This document shows positions 21,201-34,067 of a stretch of DNA of 64,000 nt, one piece after another. Made by a program: the position numbers and the translations under genes. Where the stretch lies: the NCBI GenBank assembly GCA_036867785.1, contig CP145412.1, positions 124,001-188,000 on the forward strand, read 5' to 3'. The stretch comes from Plasmodiophora brassicae (lineage: Eukaryota). Position 1 is the first letter of the stretch; each line of letters begins with the position of its first letter. Under the pieces are notes generated by a model. That model made no database searches. It had not been told where the DNA came from and was given only the letters and a program-made list of their open reading frames with translations.

Positions 21201-24107
21201 CGCGGTGCGCTGCCACAACGCTTCGCCGTGCCGCCCGCGTGTGGGTGCGCGCTGCTCGTGCACGACGACGTGCCCGACAGGCCGCACAGCAGTTCCGGGC
21301 CCGCGTCAACCGGGTGCACATGCGCCGGGCGTTCACGCGCATCCTGGCCGTGTCGACGTCGCTCCTGTCCCGACAGGTCGCCCTGCTTCGGTGCGCCGAC
21401 CTGCACGAACGAGCCGCGCTCCGGTGCGACCTCCGCGTCTGGCTCGCGAACGCGCGCCTCGTCGCTGTCGGCGTCGCCGTCGAGCGCGATCACGCCGAAC
21501 GCACCCGACGGCGCGTCCTGGACGCGTGGCACGACGAGCTCGGTCAGCGCCGGCAACGCTGTCGCGTCGTGCAACGGTCCGTCCTGCGTTGCTGGGCGGC
21601 GCACGCCCGGTGCCGGCGCGCGGTCCACGCCCTGCAGGTGCGGGCGATGCGGAACCGCGCGGGGCGCACGCGCCACTGCGTCTGGGCGACCTGGACGCGG
21701 CGTTGCGCCGACGCCCGCCAGGCCGACCGCCTCCAGCGCCACCTTCGCCGACGGCGCACGCTGTCGGCATGGCGGTCCCGCCTGGCCGCCGTCCTCCAGC
21801 AGCAACGCCTCGCTGAACGCACCTACGCGCTGACGCTGTACCGGCGCGGGTTCGCGCGAATGCGCGCCCGGGTCGTCCTTGTGGGCGCGTTTCGCGCGCG
21901 CCAACGCCTCCGCGTCCTGCGCCGGTGGCGGATGGCGCGCGTCGAACGCGTCGCCGACCGTCACCTGCGTCGCGACGCGTGGCGACAGTGGCGCCAGGCG
22001 CATCGCGTCGCGTTGCAGAACGTGCACCGGCGCCGCGCCGCGCGCCGCGCCGCCTGGGGTGCCTGGCGTCACGCGCTGGGCATTCGCCGGCGCGTGCGCG
22101 CGTTCCGCCTGCAACGCGCGATCCGGTCCTGGCGCCGCTACTGCCTGGCGCATCGCGACCTGGTCCGGGTGCGGTTGCTGGCGACCCGGGTGCGGTCGCG
22201 GCGCGCCATCGCGTTCTGGATGCGGGCGGCGGCACGTCAGCGCCGGTCGTCGGCGATCGCGGACCGGATCCGGAAGTGGGTCCTGCTTCGGCGCTGGCAC
22301 CGGTACCTCGCCCGGCGTCGCCGTCTCGTCCAATGTCGCCGAGCGGCGACGCTGCGTCGTTGGCGCCGGCGAACCCGGACGCGCCTGCGTTTGAGGCAGT
22401 GCGCGCGCGTTCTTCGTGCCGCCAAGGTGTTCAACGCCTGGTCGGCCTGGGCGCGGCACCGCCAAGATTTGGCGAACGCAATGGCGCGGGTCACCCGCGG
22501 GCGCGTGCGACCCGCCTGGGCGGTCTGGCGGGCGCAGTACGAGCAACGGGCGCGCGCCGACAGGCTGGGCGCGCGACTCGGCGCGTTGCGGGTGCGTCGT
22601 GTGCAGAAGGCCGCCTGGACGTCGTGGGTCACGCTGGTGAAGGAGCGCCGTCGCGAACGGCACCTGGACGCCGTTGCCGAGTACGGCACCGTTCGACTGC
22701 GCCTGGTGCGTGGCTACACCGCGCTGCTGGGCGCGTACCGGTCGGCATGCCGGGTGCGGGCGTTCGCTGCGGCACGGCAGCGCCGTCGCCAACGTGCCGC
22801 GTTCGTGGTCTGGCGCGCCGCGTACGCCCGGCAGTGCGTTCGGCACCAGCAGGAGGCATCAGCGGTCCACTTCGGGCGGTTGTGCCTGTTCCGGCGCGTA
22901 CGCGCCGCGCTCCGCCTCTGCCAACTGGGCAGCCTGTTCCAGCGCCGGCACGAATTGGCGATATCGCGGCACGCCTGGCGGGCCTGGCAACGGTCGCTGC
23001 AGGCGGTTCGCCGCGTGGCATTGCACCGGCGGCGTCGCCTCCAGTCCTCGTTAGCGAACGCCGTCGGCGCGTTCCGCGACAACGCGCGCCGGCGTCGCCG
23101 ATGCCGTTCCGAGCTAGCCCGGATGACGCAGCAATTCGCGACCCGGTGCCCATGGATGCACAACGCGTTCGCGTGCGTCACCACACCGCTGACCGTCGCG
23201 TTCCGCGCCTGGCTCGTCGTTGTCCTGCAGCGGCGCCGTCTCGATCGCCTCCTGGAGCAGTACAGGAACAGTGGACCCAGGTGCGTCGCCGCGCCCGCCT
23301 CGCACCTCCCACCATGTTGTAACACATCCGGGCAGGTGGCACCACCTCACACGCCGGGTCCTGTCCGCCTGGACTCAGGCGTTCGTGGACCGACGGTACC
23401 GGGTGCGATTCGCGGCGCTGCACACAGGTGACCATTCGTTTGTCGGGGCCAATGGGTGCCACCCGTTCTCAATGGCAGGTGCAGGGTCTGCGATTCGCCA
23501 CTGGGTGCGCTGGTACAGGTCCCGCCAGGCGCGCCGGTCGTGCAAGCGTTTAGCGTTCGGTCACTACGATAGCGTCGTCAGGGCGCGGTGCTGGCGCGTG
23601 TGGCAGGACGCGCTCCTGCTATCGTGGCGTCTGTCGCACTTGGCGAGGAGTGTGACCCGCGCACATGAGCGCTCCTCGCTGAAGACCTGCTTCCTGCGCT
23701 GGTTCAGACAATTCCTGATCGCAAGACATGCACGAGACGCTGTCGAGCGCGCGGCGCGTCATCACCGCCTCACCTTGCAGCGGGGCGCGTTCAAGGCGTT
23801 GCAGGCGAAGTGGCTGTTCAGCAAGCGTCGCGCCGAGTACGTTGTCATGCGGGCGCGTCGTCTGGACCTGCTACTACAGGCATGGTGCTTCGACGCCTGG
23901 ATGCAGTATGGACGCGCCCAGCGACAGCTACGCGACGCGATCCGATTGCAGGAGCTGAGCCTGATGGTGCGCAAGGACGTGTTCAGCGCCTGGCGCCTGT
24001 ACGTCCGACGGATACGATGGACGCGCGAGCGTCTCGAAGGGCAATCCTGGACTGACGAGGGGCAACCACCACCGGGTGAACGTGCTCGCCGACCGATTGT
24101 ATCATAA
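18256..24107 (+). CDS. SFI1: Sfi1-like centrin-binding centrosomal protein, multi-exon
   Basis: N-terminal LDAYERVL..GI...D.TYY..LL.L.L..W motif, then dozens of Arg-rich repeats with spaced Trp (F.AWR, L.RWR, W..WR) over ~5.5 kb. Confidence 0.8.
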
Positions 24108-24206
24108 AGCGGTACGTTGACCACGTTAGGCGGAGGCGTAGTTTGACGAGAGGGAAGGGGGTCGGCGTTCGGAGTTCATTCGTTACCTGCGTCGCCGTTC
24201 ATAGAT

Positions 24207-25061
24207 ATGGTTGGTGCAGCGCCTCCCATTGCGATCTCGTCGTCCGGTGGGTGGCCTCAGGTGCAGCCCTTTCAGGACGAGGTGGCGCGCCTAGTCGCCG
24301 AGGCAGTCAATGGGCCCGAGTTCCCGGACCTTCTCCTCGATCTGGTGCACGCCTTTGCCAACGCAATCGACGCTGGTCTGCCATGGAATTCGGAGGCGGC
24401 TCGCGACGCTTTTGACGCAGACCATAGCTGGCGTGACGACCTGCCGTCAACCATCAACTGGTACCCGCTACGCGGGAGGTTCGGTTCATTCGAGATCGTG
24501 TCGCGCTCCATCACCATCGACAACTCCATGGCTTCCACTGCGATCCTGGTAGAAGACAAGCACGCTCTGGACTGTTTGACTGGCCTGCTCTTCATCAAGG
24601 CGCTGCACGAGATTGGCCACTCGCTGACCAGGTACTGCCTGCGCCTGCTGCGGCAGATCTACCCGGTCGGGACTCGCGGACGGAATCGCATCCCGACACG
24701 ACACACCCCGGTCAAGGTCGGCACGATGAAGATTGGAAACAAGAGAGTTGGGGATGCCGGCAACGGAATCGAAGAGCTCCTGTCGAATGGAATGCGCGTG
24801 ACCTATCGACAGGACGCTGTCAGTGGCCGCCTAGAGTACCTGACGCTTGTTGACGGGCCTGGGCGGCGTGGATATCAGGTGCCGGACGCGTGCATTGACC
24901 GTGTTCGAATGCGACCGGACCTGTTCTATTCGACCTTTACCGCCATGCTGGGCAACCACGATCAGCTGAACGGAATTCCAGAGAATATCATGGCGAACTG
25001 TGTCGTTAAGAACGCGCACGGGGCGGCTTGGGACCCCGTGCCCAAGAACATTAAGCATTAG
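24207..25061 (+). CDS. Hypothetical protein with HExxH (zincin-like) motif, single exon
   Basis: 284-aa ATG ORF; LFIKALHEIGHSL followed by TP..GDAGNGIEELL. Confidence 0.65.
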   Translation: MVGAAPPIAISSSGGWPQVQPFQDEVARLVAEAVNGPEFPDLLLDLVHAFANAIDAGLPWNSEAARDAFDADHSWRDDLPSTINWYPLRGRFGSFEIVSRSITIDNSMASTAILVEDKHALDCLTGLLFIKALHEIGHSLTRYCLRLLRQIYPVGTRGRNRIPTRHTPVKVGTMKIGNKRVGDAGNGIEELLSNGMRVTYRQDAVSGRLEYLTLVDGPGRRGYQVPDACIDRVRMRPDLFYSTFTAMLGNHDQLNGIPENIMANCVVKNAHGAAWDPVPKNIKH

Positions 25062-25733
25062 GGTGAATCGGGTAACCGCAAATACACCCGACACTGCCTC
25101 AAGCGCATCCTACTGGCGGAGCGCTTCGCGCCGGCTATGCACATGACGTCGGCCCCGACCAGGTCGCTGGGGATGCTTGCGAAGTTCTGTGCCCGATAGC
25201 AATCTGCACGTGGACGATAAAACGAAACACGACACCTGTGGAGGTTACGCTACGTGCGCCCGTGTGGCAACCCATACGTTCAACGCTGCAGTGCACTTCC
25301 ACAGGACATGCACGTTATGCCAACCGGATATGCAGTATGAACACGCCAACCCGACTCGGTTTTCTGATCCCGATTGTGCATGCGACCCGCGCCCACAGCA
25401 CAACGTGGACGGCAGCATTGAGGAGGAGCATTTTTATGTTACCCAGGCCTAAGTTGAGAACACTGCATATAGGCGACGGCCGTCGAAAGCCTTGTCCTGG
25501 ATGTTACGACGTGCGATCATCCTGAACAGAACAGCGGGGGGTATCCATGCCACGTTACAGAATGGTCACAGAAGCTGGCCGCGCGTCCTTCCTAGTCAGT
25601 GATCAACGGCGACAACATTTCAATACGAATCCGTGCGGAGGTTGCTTTGTCTCACAACGGGGGAGATACTACCGGCCAAGATCAAGATATCGTACTCGCA
25701 TTGGATCCAACACGCCACCGCTAGTCGTTCGTC

Positions 25734-28700
25734 ATGTCCTTGTCGCTCAGCGCGACCGATGATACCGCTGCCCCGGATCGTCTCAGCGCCGAACCCATTT
25801 GGGAAGGATACCTTATGAAGCAGGTGCGGTCGGTCCCCGCCGTGAACGTCGCAACGGTGTCCTCATTCCACGTAGGGCGGTGCTCGCGGTGGGTTCAAGA
25901 ACTGGAAGAAGCGCTGGTTCCGCTTAGACGCCGAGAACCTGTGCTACTACAAGGAGCGACCGCGAGCGCCGACCGACGCCAAATCCAACGATGCCGACAC
26001 GTCGAGCAGCATTGCCGAACCCGCCGTCCTGGGCGTCCTCCCGATTCGCAACGCGACCATCGTCGACCTGCGTAGGACGGCAGGGAACCACCTCCGGCCC
26101 GCGGCCATTGATAAATGCTTCCACAGAGGGCGCCGACGATGTCGCCGTGAAGGCGGTCGAACTGCCACCGGCGTGGGACGTCGGCGCGACCGCCTGCCAT
26201 GACTGCAAGAAGGAGTTCAGCGGTAGCGTTCGCCGCCGGTTCTGCCGGGCGTGCGGCCTGGCGCACTGTTCGCCGTGCTCGCCGCGGTCCGTGTTGCAGT
26301 CGCGGATCGGGTTCGCCGAGCCGGTCCGCGTCTGCAACTCGTGCTTCAACGGCATCACGTCCGCCGGCGGCTTCAAGAACGCCGATGGCGGCAGCCGGCT
26401 CGACGACGGCATCATCATCGTCCAGACCGAGCAGAAGAAGAGCAAAGGTGGCGCGTCTCGGCGTCCTGCGTTTCGGGGGCCGTTGACGAACGCGTTGCAG
26501 GGTTCGAGTGGCGGTCGAAGAAGCACCTGTTCATACTGAATTCGGCCGAGCTGCAGATGTACCTGCAGGCGGAGACGAGCACGGTCAAGCTAGAGGTGAT
26601 GACGGCGATCCGGAGCGTCGTCCTGTACCATCAGCGCAAGGCGCAACGGGCGACGACCGGGTCGGCCGTCACCGTCGCGGAACCGGAATCCAGCAACAAC
26701 CGCCCGCATAAGCTCGACAGGCAGATGTCCGCCTCCAGCCAATGGAACATCGACTTCAAGGCCATCAAGATCCTCCATGAAATCGGGGAAGGGTACCGGA
26801 TTCGGGTATGTCCCCTGACACGCATCGGCGTTCTAAGAACGTAACGCACAGGTCGACCGGGATGGTCTACAAAGGTCGCCTGTGGGGGACCGATGTCGCC
26901 GTGAAAACGATCAGGAACGCCACCATGGCGGATGACCTTCAGAAAGAGGTGGCCATCTTAAGCCAGTTGCGGCACCCGAACGTTGTCCTTTACATTGGGG
27001 CGTGCCTGGAGAAGCCGAACGTCGCCGTTGTCACCGAATGGTGCGATCGAGGGTCGCTCTTCGACCTGCTCTACGACGATTCCCCGGGCTGCTGCAACCT
27101 CGACTTCCAATCGATCATCACGATCGCTATCGGGATAGCGCAGGGCATGAACTACCTGCACAGCCTGAACCAGAAGATCATCCACCGCGACCTGAAGTCG
27201 CACAACATCCTCATCGATTCGCATTTCACGCCCAAGGTCGCCGACTTTGGCCTGTCCAAGGTCAAAGAGCCGACGCGCCTGGGCGACAACATCGACCCGC
27301 AGATCGTCACCGAATCGCTGGCGATCGGCCACCAGAAAGCGCTGCGAGCGCACGCCGCCGCCAAGAAGAAGGCGGCAGAGGATTCGAAAGAGGCCCAGAG
27401 CGAGGTCGGCGCGATATGCGATTCGCCTGCGCGTTGGCACTGACACCACAGCAGGTCCCTGGTGGCACGGCGGAATGGATGGCCCCCGAGGTGATGGAAG
27501 GGGCCCCGTACAACCAATCCGTCGACGTGTACTCGTACGGGATCGTACTGTCAGAGTAGGACGCATGCGGGCGCGCGCGACGAAACACGAACCGGGGCTG
27601 ACCGCCCCATGATCGTGCACAGGTTGCTGTCGCGACGGTTGCCGTTCCGCGACAAGTACACGATAACGGGCTACGCCGACGTCGTCGAGGCCGTGCTCGA
27701 CGACGGCGCCACGCCGACGATCCCGGAATGGTGTGGCGCCAAGATGCAGAAGCTCGTCGCCGACTGCCTCAGCAGGAACGCGGAGGCGCGCCCGACCTTC
27801 AACGAGATCATCCTTCGCCTGCGCAGGTTGGGCGGCGCGTCGTCCCGCCCGCCCGCCTAATCGTGATGATGACGCGCCTGGCAGTTTCTACCCGCTGGAC
27901 CCGGCCGACGTGTTCCAGAAGTTCGACATCCCCCGGCTGCTGTCCATGCTGGACAGCCCGGATCGTACCGAACAGTTCCGAGCCGTTCGCGAGCTATCAG
28001 GTGACGCGGACGCACACGGTGCTGCCAGGAACGCTGACCTAACGACCACCTGGGCAGACATGGCCGTCGACCTGACCGACCTCTGCCACGTGTGCGGGCA
28101 CACGCCGCTGAAGTACGCGCAGATGGGCGAGGCGACCGTCGTCAAGTTCGTCGCCCGCCTGACGACAATGTTGCTGTCCCCGCATGCCGACATCGTCAGT
28201 GCGATCCGCTGTCGCGTCGTCGCTGTGCAACTGACCGGGGGCGACCCTGAAGATCCAGCATGCGATGCTGGCGCTGCGTGCCATGATCGACGAGAGCGAG
28301 GCGGCGCTGCGCCCGACGCTCTTCGGCGCCATTCGGGAGTCGGGCGGCGTCCAGCGGATCGCGCTGCACCTGAAGTCGGACAAGGAGGACATGGCGAACG
28401 CGGCCGCGCTGCTGCTGTCTCGTATCATCGCTGACCCCGGCACGGTCGACAACCCGGCGACGCTGATGGGCCTGTCCCCCGAGGTCATGGCCGAACTGCT
28501 GGCCATTGCCAAACAGGAGGTGGGGCCGGCAACCCGTTCGCGCGTAGTAAAGCAGACGACTGACGCAACCGGCCGTGTTCAGGTATCGACGCTGAAGAAG
28601 AAGATCGAGGGCAACGAGGGGTCGCTGTCCAGGAAAGTGGAACTGTCGACCTGGATATCGAACCGGCTGCGCCAGGCCGAGTTCGGCCTGAGCGACGCGC

Positions 28701-29344
28701 AGACGGCGCTGGCGTCGATTGCAACGCCGAGAACCATCATCGCCAACGTGGCGTCCCCGTCACCCGTACGCGCGCGCGCGCTTGGCGTTCCAACCCGCGC
28801 TCCGCACCCTGACAACGTCCTAGGAGGGCGGCTCGTTCGAAGGCAAGGACCTGCCCGTTCAGCTGCGGGCCGAGATGGGCCGCGGCGCCCAGTGCTGGGG
28901 CTGGCTCGGGTTACTGGACCCGGCCGGCGAGCAGTGGATCGACGTCTACGCCGTGCTCCGCAACGCCACCATCTGCATCTTCGACAGCGAGGAGTCGCGA
29001 CCGGAGACCATTCGGTGCGTTTGTTGCCTCGCTGGCTGGGTTCGCCGGCAGCGGGACCCCCGCGTCTAAACTGGACCGGGCACAGGTACATTATTCGGAT
29101 CCGCCTCGGGAACGTGTCCGCCAAGTTTCGTGCCGGGCGGAAGCGCGGCCGGCACAACTGCCTGCAGATCGCCCTGTCCCAGGAGCTGCTGCCGGTGGCC
29201 GTCGACCCGAAGACGCCCCCGATCCGCCGCGTCTTCATCAACGTCGGGTCGCACGAGCGGTTCGCCTTCTGGGTCAGGCACATCAACGAGCACCTGGACA
29301 TACCCGTCCCGCTGGACTTCGCGCCGGACGAGACCATGACCTAA
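25734..29344 (+). CDS. TKL-family protein kinase with N-terminal PH and FYVE domains, ARM-like region and C-terminal PH-like domain, multi-exon
   Basis: WEGYLMKQ..FKNWKKRWF (PH); CHDCKKEF..RRRFCRACG..C..CS..RVCNSC (FYVE); IGEG|STGMVYKG, VAVK, LRHPNVV, HRDLKSHN, DFG, GTAEWMAPE, DVYSYG, RPTFNEI (kinase). Confidence 0.88.
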
Positions 29345-29414
29345 CTGAGCGTGGCTCGCCTCAGTCCCCCATATTACCACTGAAGCGAACGACACTGGAA
29401 CGGGTGTGTAATTA

Positions 29415-30815
29415 TTAGGCCAGGAGATGCAGCGTAACCGCAATGACGACCATCGGGACCCAGTTCGACTGCGGGCCACGGCTCGGCACGGCGTGAGACA
29501 CCTGTTGCTCGCCTGCTGCCGGGGACGTCGTCTCCTCGGCCCCTGCTGCCGGGGACGTCGTCTCCTCGGCCCCTGCTGCCGGGGACGTCGTCTCCTCGGC
29601 CACTGCTGCCGTTGCCGCCCCCTTCCTCGGCTCCCAATCCGCGTCCTGCAGCGTGGCGTCCTTCTTCGAGAAACGGGAGATCGTGCTGGCCAGGTCGCCG
29701 TCGCTGGCCACATCAGCAGCGGTCCTGCCCTGTCGATCCTCCACGTCCACATCGGCGTCCAACGCCAGGAACTGCTCGACGACGACGCCGCGTCCATTGT
29801 TCGCCGCGTAGTGCAGGGCCGTCCATCCCATGTGGTCGCCGAACTCGATGAGGGCGCCCGCGTCCAGCAACGCGACCAGGACGTCGACATGACCGTGGCC
29901 GGCGGCCAGATGCAATGGCGTCTGCCCGCGCTCGTTGGTCGCATCGACCTGAGCACCCGCCGCCAGCAGCCGCTGTACGACGGGCACACAGTTGACGCGG
30001 GCGCTCTCGTGCAAGGCGGTGTACCCGTCGGGGTCGGCCCCGTCGATGGCACCGGCGGGGACCGCGTCCAGAAGCACGGCAGCGGCCTCGTCGTGGCACA
30101 TCATCGCCGACAGGTGCAACGGCGACGCCGTGAACCCTCTCACGTACGTCGTTGCGGTGTCGCCATCCAGATCGGTGACGGTCAGCGTCGTGAACCCGAC
30201 GGGCCATTCCGTCGTCGGCGAGCGCCTGCGCAGGATCAGGCGAAGCAGGTCGGGGGACTGCCGGTTCCAGATCGCTAATAGGAGGAGGGTGTCGAGGTCC
30301 CCGGCGCCGGCGTCCAGCAGGATGCCAACCACGTCCGCGTGACCGCGCCAAACGGCCAGATGGGCGGCCGTGTTCCCGTACACGCAGACGAGGTCGATGG
30401 AGGCGCGGGCGTCGACCAGGAGGGCGACGATGTCGGCGTGGCCGCCCGCGGCAGCGTAGTGCAGAGCGGTGTACCCGTGGCGGTCCTTGGCATCGAGGGC
30501 GGCGCCCTTGTCGATGAGGACGGCGCACGCGTCGACGTGACCGTTGCCGGCCGCGAAATGCAGCGGCGTGAGGTTATCGCTGTCGCGGTCGTTGATGTTG
30601 GCGCCGTTCCCAATCATCATCTCGATGGTCTCGACGCGTCCCAGCTCCGCCGCTAGGTGTAGGTGTAGGCCTCGCAGGTTGCGGGCGGGGATCGACTGCA
30701 ACCTCTGCTCCTGCCTGTCGACCCGAGCGGCATGGTCGTCGTCCAGCACGGTGCCGACCGCGACGCTAATCACCAGCACGGACAGCCATAACGCCGACGC
30801 CTTCATCATCGTCAT
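29415..30815 (-). CDS. Secreted/surface ankyrin-repeat protein with hydrophobic C-terminus, single exon
   Basis: Signal-like MKASALWLSVLVISVAVG; about 9-10 ankyrin repeats (TPLHFAA, TALHYAA, TPLHLAA); AEETTSPAAG x3; C-terminal WVPMVVIAVTLHLLA. Confidence 0.9.
   Translation of the reverse strand: MTMMKASALWLSVLVISVAVGTVLDDDHAARVDRQEQRLQSIPARNLRGLHLHLAAELGRVETIEMMIGNGANINDRDSDNLTPLHFAAGNGHVDACAVLIDKGAALDAKDRHGYTALHYAAAGGHADIVALLVDARASIDLVCVYGNTAAHLAVWRGHADVVGILLDAGAGDLDTLLLLAIWNRQSPDLLRLILRRRSPTTEWPVGFTTLTVTDLDGDTATTYVRGFTASPLHLSAMMCHDEAAAVLLDAVPAGAIDGADPDGYTALHESARVNCVPVVQRLLAAGAQVDATNERGQTPLHLAAGHGHVDVLVALLDAGALIEFGDHMGWTALHYAANNGRGVVVEQFLALDADVDVEDRQGRTAADVASDGDLASTISRFSKKDATLQDADWEPRKGAATAAVAEETTSPAAGAEETTSPAAGAEETTSPAAGEQQVSHAVPSRGPQSNWVPMVVIAVTLHLLA
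29512..29611. repeat. 30-bp coding tandem repeat, 3 perfect copies plus a partial
   Basis: Unit CCTGCTGCCGGGGACGTCGTCTCCTCGGCC, encoding AEETTSPAAG. Confidence 0.95.
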
Positions 30816-31085
30816 GGCGATCGGATACCAGATTGCGCTTCGTTACGCGCCTGGGGGGACGGGACAGGGCGCGCGCGCGTCCGCCACTGTGGCGGGCCGA
30901 GCGCCGACACAGCCGCAGGCGACGTCACCCGGTAACGTCGCCCGCCCGCGGAAATCATCGCCGCGTCGTTCAGGCGCAACCGTCGACAGTCGCAGCCGCC
31001 TGCAGTTGCGCGACTGGGCCGCGACAATTGCGCCAGTCGAGGCGCTGCACTGGGGCGCTGCAGTTCATTTTGCCCAATCCGCATC

Positions 31086-33294
31086 ATGGCACGGTCCATA
31101 CGTCATCGTCATGCAGCGGGCGCGGTCGGGGCGGTCGTCGTCGCAAGCCGCGCCACAACGAAGGCGACGGCGGCGGTGGCGGGCGGCGTTGCCGTGGCGT
31201 GGCGCCCGGCGCTGATATGCTTCGCGTCGGTGCTGGCGTTGTACATGGCGACGATGTCGCCGACGATCACGGGCGGCGATGCCGGCGAGCTGGCTGCGGC
31301 CGCATGCGGGTCGTCGGTGCCGCACCCGCCCGGGTACCCCACGTTCGTTGTCCTGTACGGCTCGGCGTTCAGGCTGTTGCAGAACGCCAAACCTGCATTG
31401 CTGTTCAATGCGTTGTCTTCTCTGATCAGCGCGTCTGCCGCTGCGATCCTTTTTATTGCCGTCCAACAGGCGTCCGGATCGACGGACTGGAAAGGGCCCA
31501 TGACGGCCACCTTCATGTTCGCGTTTTCGCCGACGGTCTGGACGTATGCTACGCAAACGGAAGTCTTCCCGTTGAACAATTTCTTCCTTGCAGTGCTTCT
31601 CTTGGCCACCGTATGGCTGTCATCGGTAAGGGTGACCGTTGATGACGACGTGGTCCCTTGCTGACTGTGTACCACTATTGCGTTACAGGATCCGAGCCCG
31701 CGAAACGTTGTGCTATGCGCTTTCGTGTGTGGACTAGCGTCCACGAACCAACACACGATTGTTTTATATATTCTTCCGACTGCGCTGGCATTTATTTGCC
31801 TGGAGCGTCGTCTTCGGTGGCCACTCACGCTAACGAGCATTGCGGCCGCGTTCCTTCTTGGCCTACTGCCGTATGCCTTTCTGGTTGCGGCGGCTGGGAG
31901 ATATCGCTCATGGGGTGACACAAGCAGCCTGGCTGGAGTGATGACGCACGTTTTCAGGGAGGAGGTAAAGTCATGCCTATGTAGCGTTCCTGACGTGTTC
32001 TGATCAGTTTCGGCAGTATGGCACGTTTCGCCTTGCAAATGAAAACGTTGACGCTGGAGTTCCATTCCTGGCCCGCCTCACGTTTTACTTTAGCGACTTG
32101 CTGACGCAGTCGTCTTTGGTGGCGCTGCCGCTGGCACTGTACTGCATCCTTGTCGATAGGCGGCGCCTGATTCGGATCGTGGTTGCGGCGTTTGCGTTTT
32201 ACGTCGTCTTATTTACCATGTTGAACAACATGGCCGTTCAGTCTCCGCTTCTTCTGGGCGTTCAGCAACGATTCTTCATGCAGCCGTTTGCCCTGGTTTG
32301 TTTCCTTGTCGGCGTTGGAATTCACCATATTCGCAATCGAAACGTATTATCGCCGTTCCTCGTGGACAACTTGATAGTTGCTTTCCTCCTTGCGCACGTC
32401 GGTCGTCCGTTCCTGCAGCAGATTGCAATTCGCACCGCTCCTGCCGTCGTCGACATCCATGCGCGATCCGCCCTGACAAGCATGCCTGAGGGCAGCATTG
32501 TTCTGGCCACCGGGGACCTCATCGTTCACCCAATGCTCTACCTACAAGCCTGTGAACGCGTTCGCCCCGACGTGCGCGTCATCGCTGTTCCAAACATGAT
32601 CTCCACCTGGTTTGTTGAACAGCAGTCGCGGTACTTCCCTGGGGTCGTGTTCCCCGGTCTGTATATGCATGGCGGCTTCCCGGGAGGATTTACTGCACGG
32701 GATTTCCTTGACAGTAACGTTGACCGGGCCCCTGTGTTTACCTGTGGAGGATTGCCACCGGCCCCTGGCGAGGACCAAAGCGCACTGAAGCGCGATTTCC
32801 TGGCATGGCCGATCGGCATTTGCTCTCGGATACTGCGTCCAACAGAGAAGCCGGCGAATTTGACAGCATATTTGGGGACGGCTCTGAGCCTGCTCGATGT
32901 CGCACTATTTGGCATGGGATCCTCACAACTGTACGATGCCACCTCCTGGGAGTACGATGCGTTCAGACATGTTTGGCTACGTCGTGCACTGCTGTTTGAA
33001 CACGCGTACAACATCATCTTCCCAAACTATCTCGAGGAATCGTTGTTGCGGATTGCTGCTGACCTCGCCGACCGCATCGTCGACGGATGGCGCGCGAAGG
33101 AACGCTTTGCCAGACCCGATTCCAACTTCTGGAAACAGGCAGCCGACGTGTACGGGCACCTTAGCGTGATACAACGCCATCCGTACGAAGATCGAATGTT
33201 CGTAATGTTTGAGTCTGCCCTAGATGCGGACCCGAACGACCACGTCATCGCCGAGGTCGTTCGAGGTCGGCACAACCCGTACCGTAATCGGTAA
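31086..33294 (+). CDS. TMEM260: TMEM260 / DUF2723 protein O-mannosyltransferase-like membrane protein, multi-exon
   Basis: PTITGGDAGEL..A...VPHPPGYP; FAFSPTVWTYATQTEVFPLNN; GLASTNQHT; SWGDT..HVFREE|YGTF.L; YLQACERVRPDV. Confidence 0.9.
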
Positions 33295-34067
33295 AGGTAA
33301 TGTTCAAATAAACGTGCCTCGTCATAGCTGCCATTGTGCGATGAACCGAAGTTGCCCAAGCGGTCGTGCCTCAATAGACATTCACGCCACAAACGAAAGT
33401 AAACATCCCTATGCTAGCAAGCCCTGGCGTCGGGGTGCCTGGCTGTCCGGCCACGACGTCCTTCCTGCTTGCGTCGTGATGACGTAATTCTGCCTGCGTC
33501 GCTGGACTTCATGGACGAGCTCAGCGACGCCGAGCGCGAAACGGTGATCGCGGTCGCGCGCGCAGCGTTCGCCGGGGAACAGACGCGCAGACACTGTATT
33601 CGACCAAATTGCTCCATTGTCAGGTTCGGGCCCCCCTGAACGTGTGTTCCCAAGTCAGGCCCTCACAGGATCATCAGTTTGATTAAGGAGCCAGCGAATG
33701 CGAGAACGCAATGGGTCTGAACGTCGTTCTTCCCCGGCAACAGCCAACCCCGAAGGTCTCGATTGACGATACCCCAGCCGCGACGACAACAAAGCCCATT
33801 ACTCTCGATCTCAAATAATTGGACAGACCCGGTTTGCCGGTCAGGCGCCAGCTGGTGCGTGGTGGCGTTTCAGCCCGAAGAAGTCGAGCTGCCGCCCAAG
33901 CTCCAAGATCAGATGTGTCTTGGCGAATGGAAGCAGTAGTGGGCCCGATACTTCCAAGAGGTGGCGGTGACGCGCATCGACGCTTCCGTATAGCTGATGA
34001 CAATCGCGTAAAGCTGCCGCAGCTTCTGCGGCGCGGTGTCCCGCTTCTGCGGGGTCCGGCCGCTGCG

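Noticed and set aside
19500-23400. Very long overlapping ORFs in alternative frames and antisense to SFI1
   Set aside because: Expected from extreme GC content and stop-codon scarcity; the products are low-complexity R/A/P/G.
25177-25525. Cys/His-containing short ORFs downstream of the HExxH gene
   Set aside because: Non-ATG starts, no coherent motif and no convincing splice link.
33400-34000. Possible small gene or C/D snoRNA (GTGATGA..CTGA) between TMEM260 and DDX21
   Set aside because: No recognisable guide sequence, terminal stem or protein motif.
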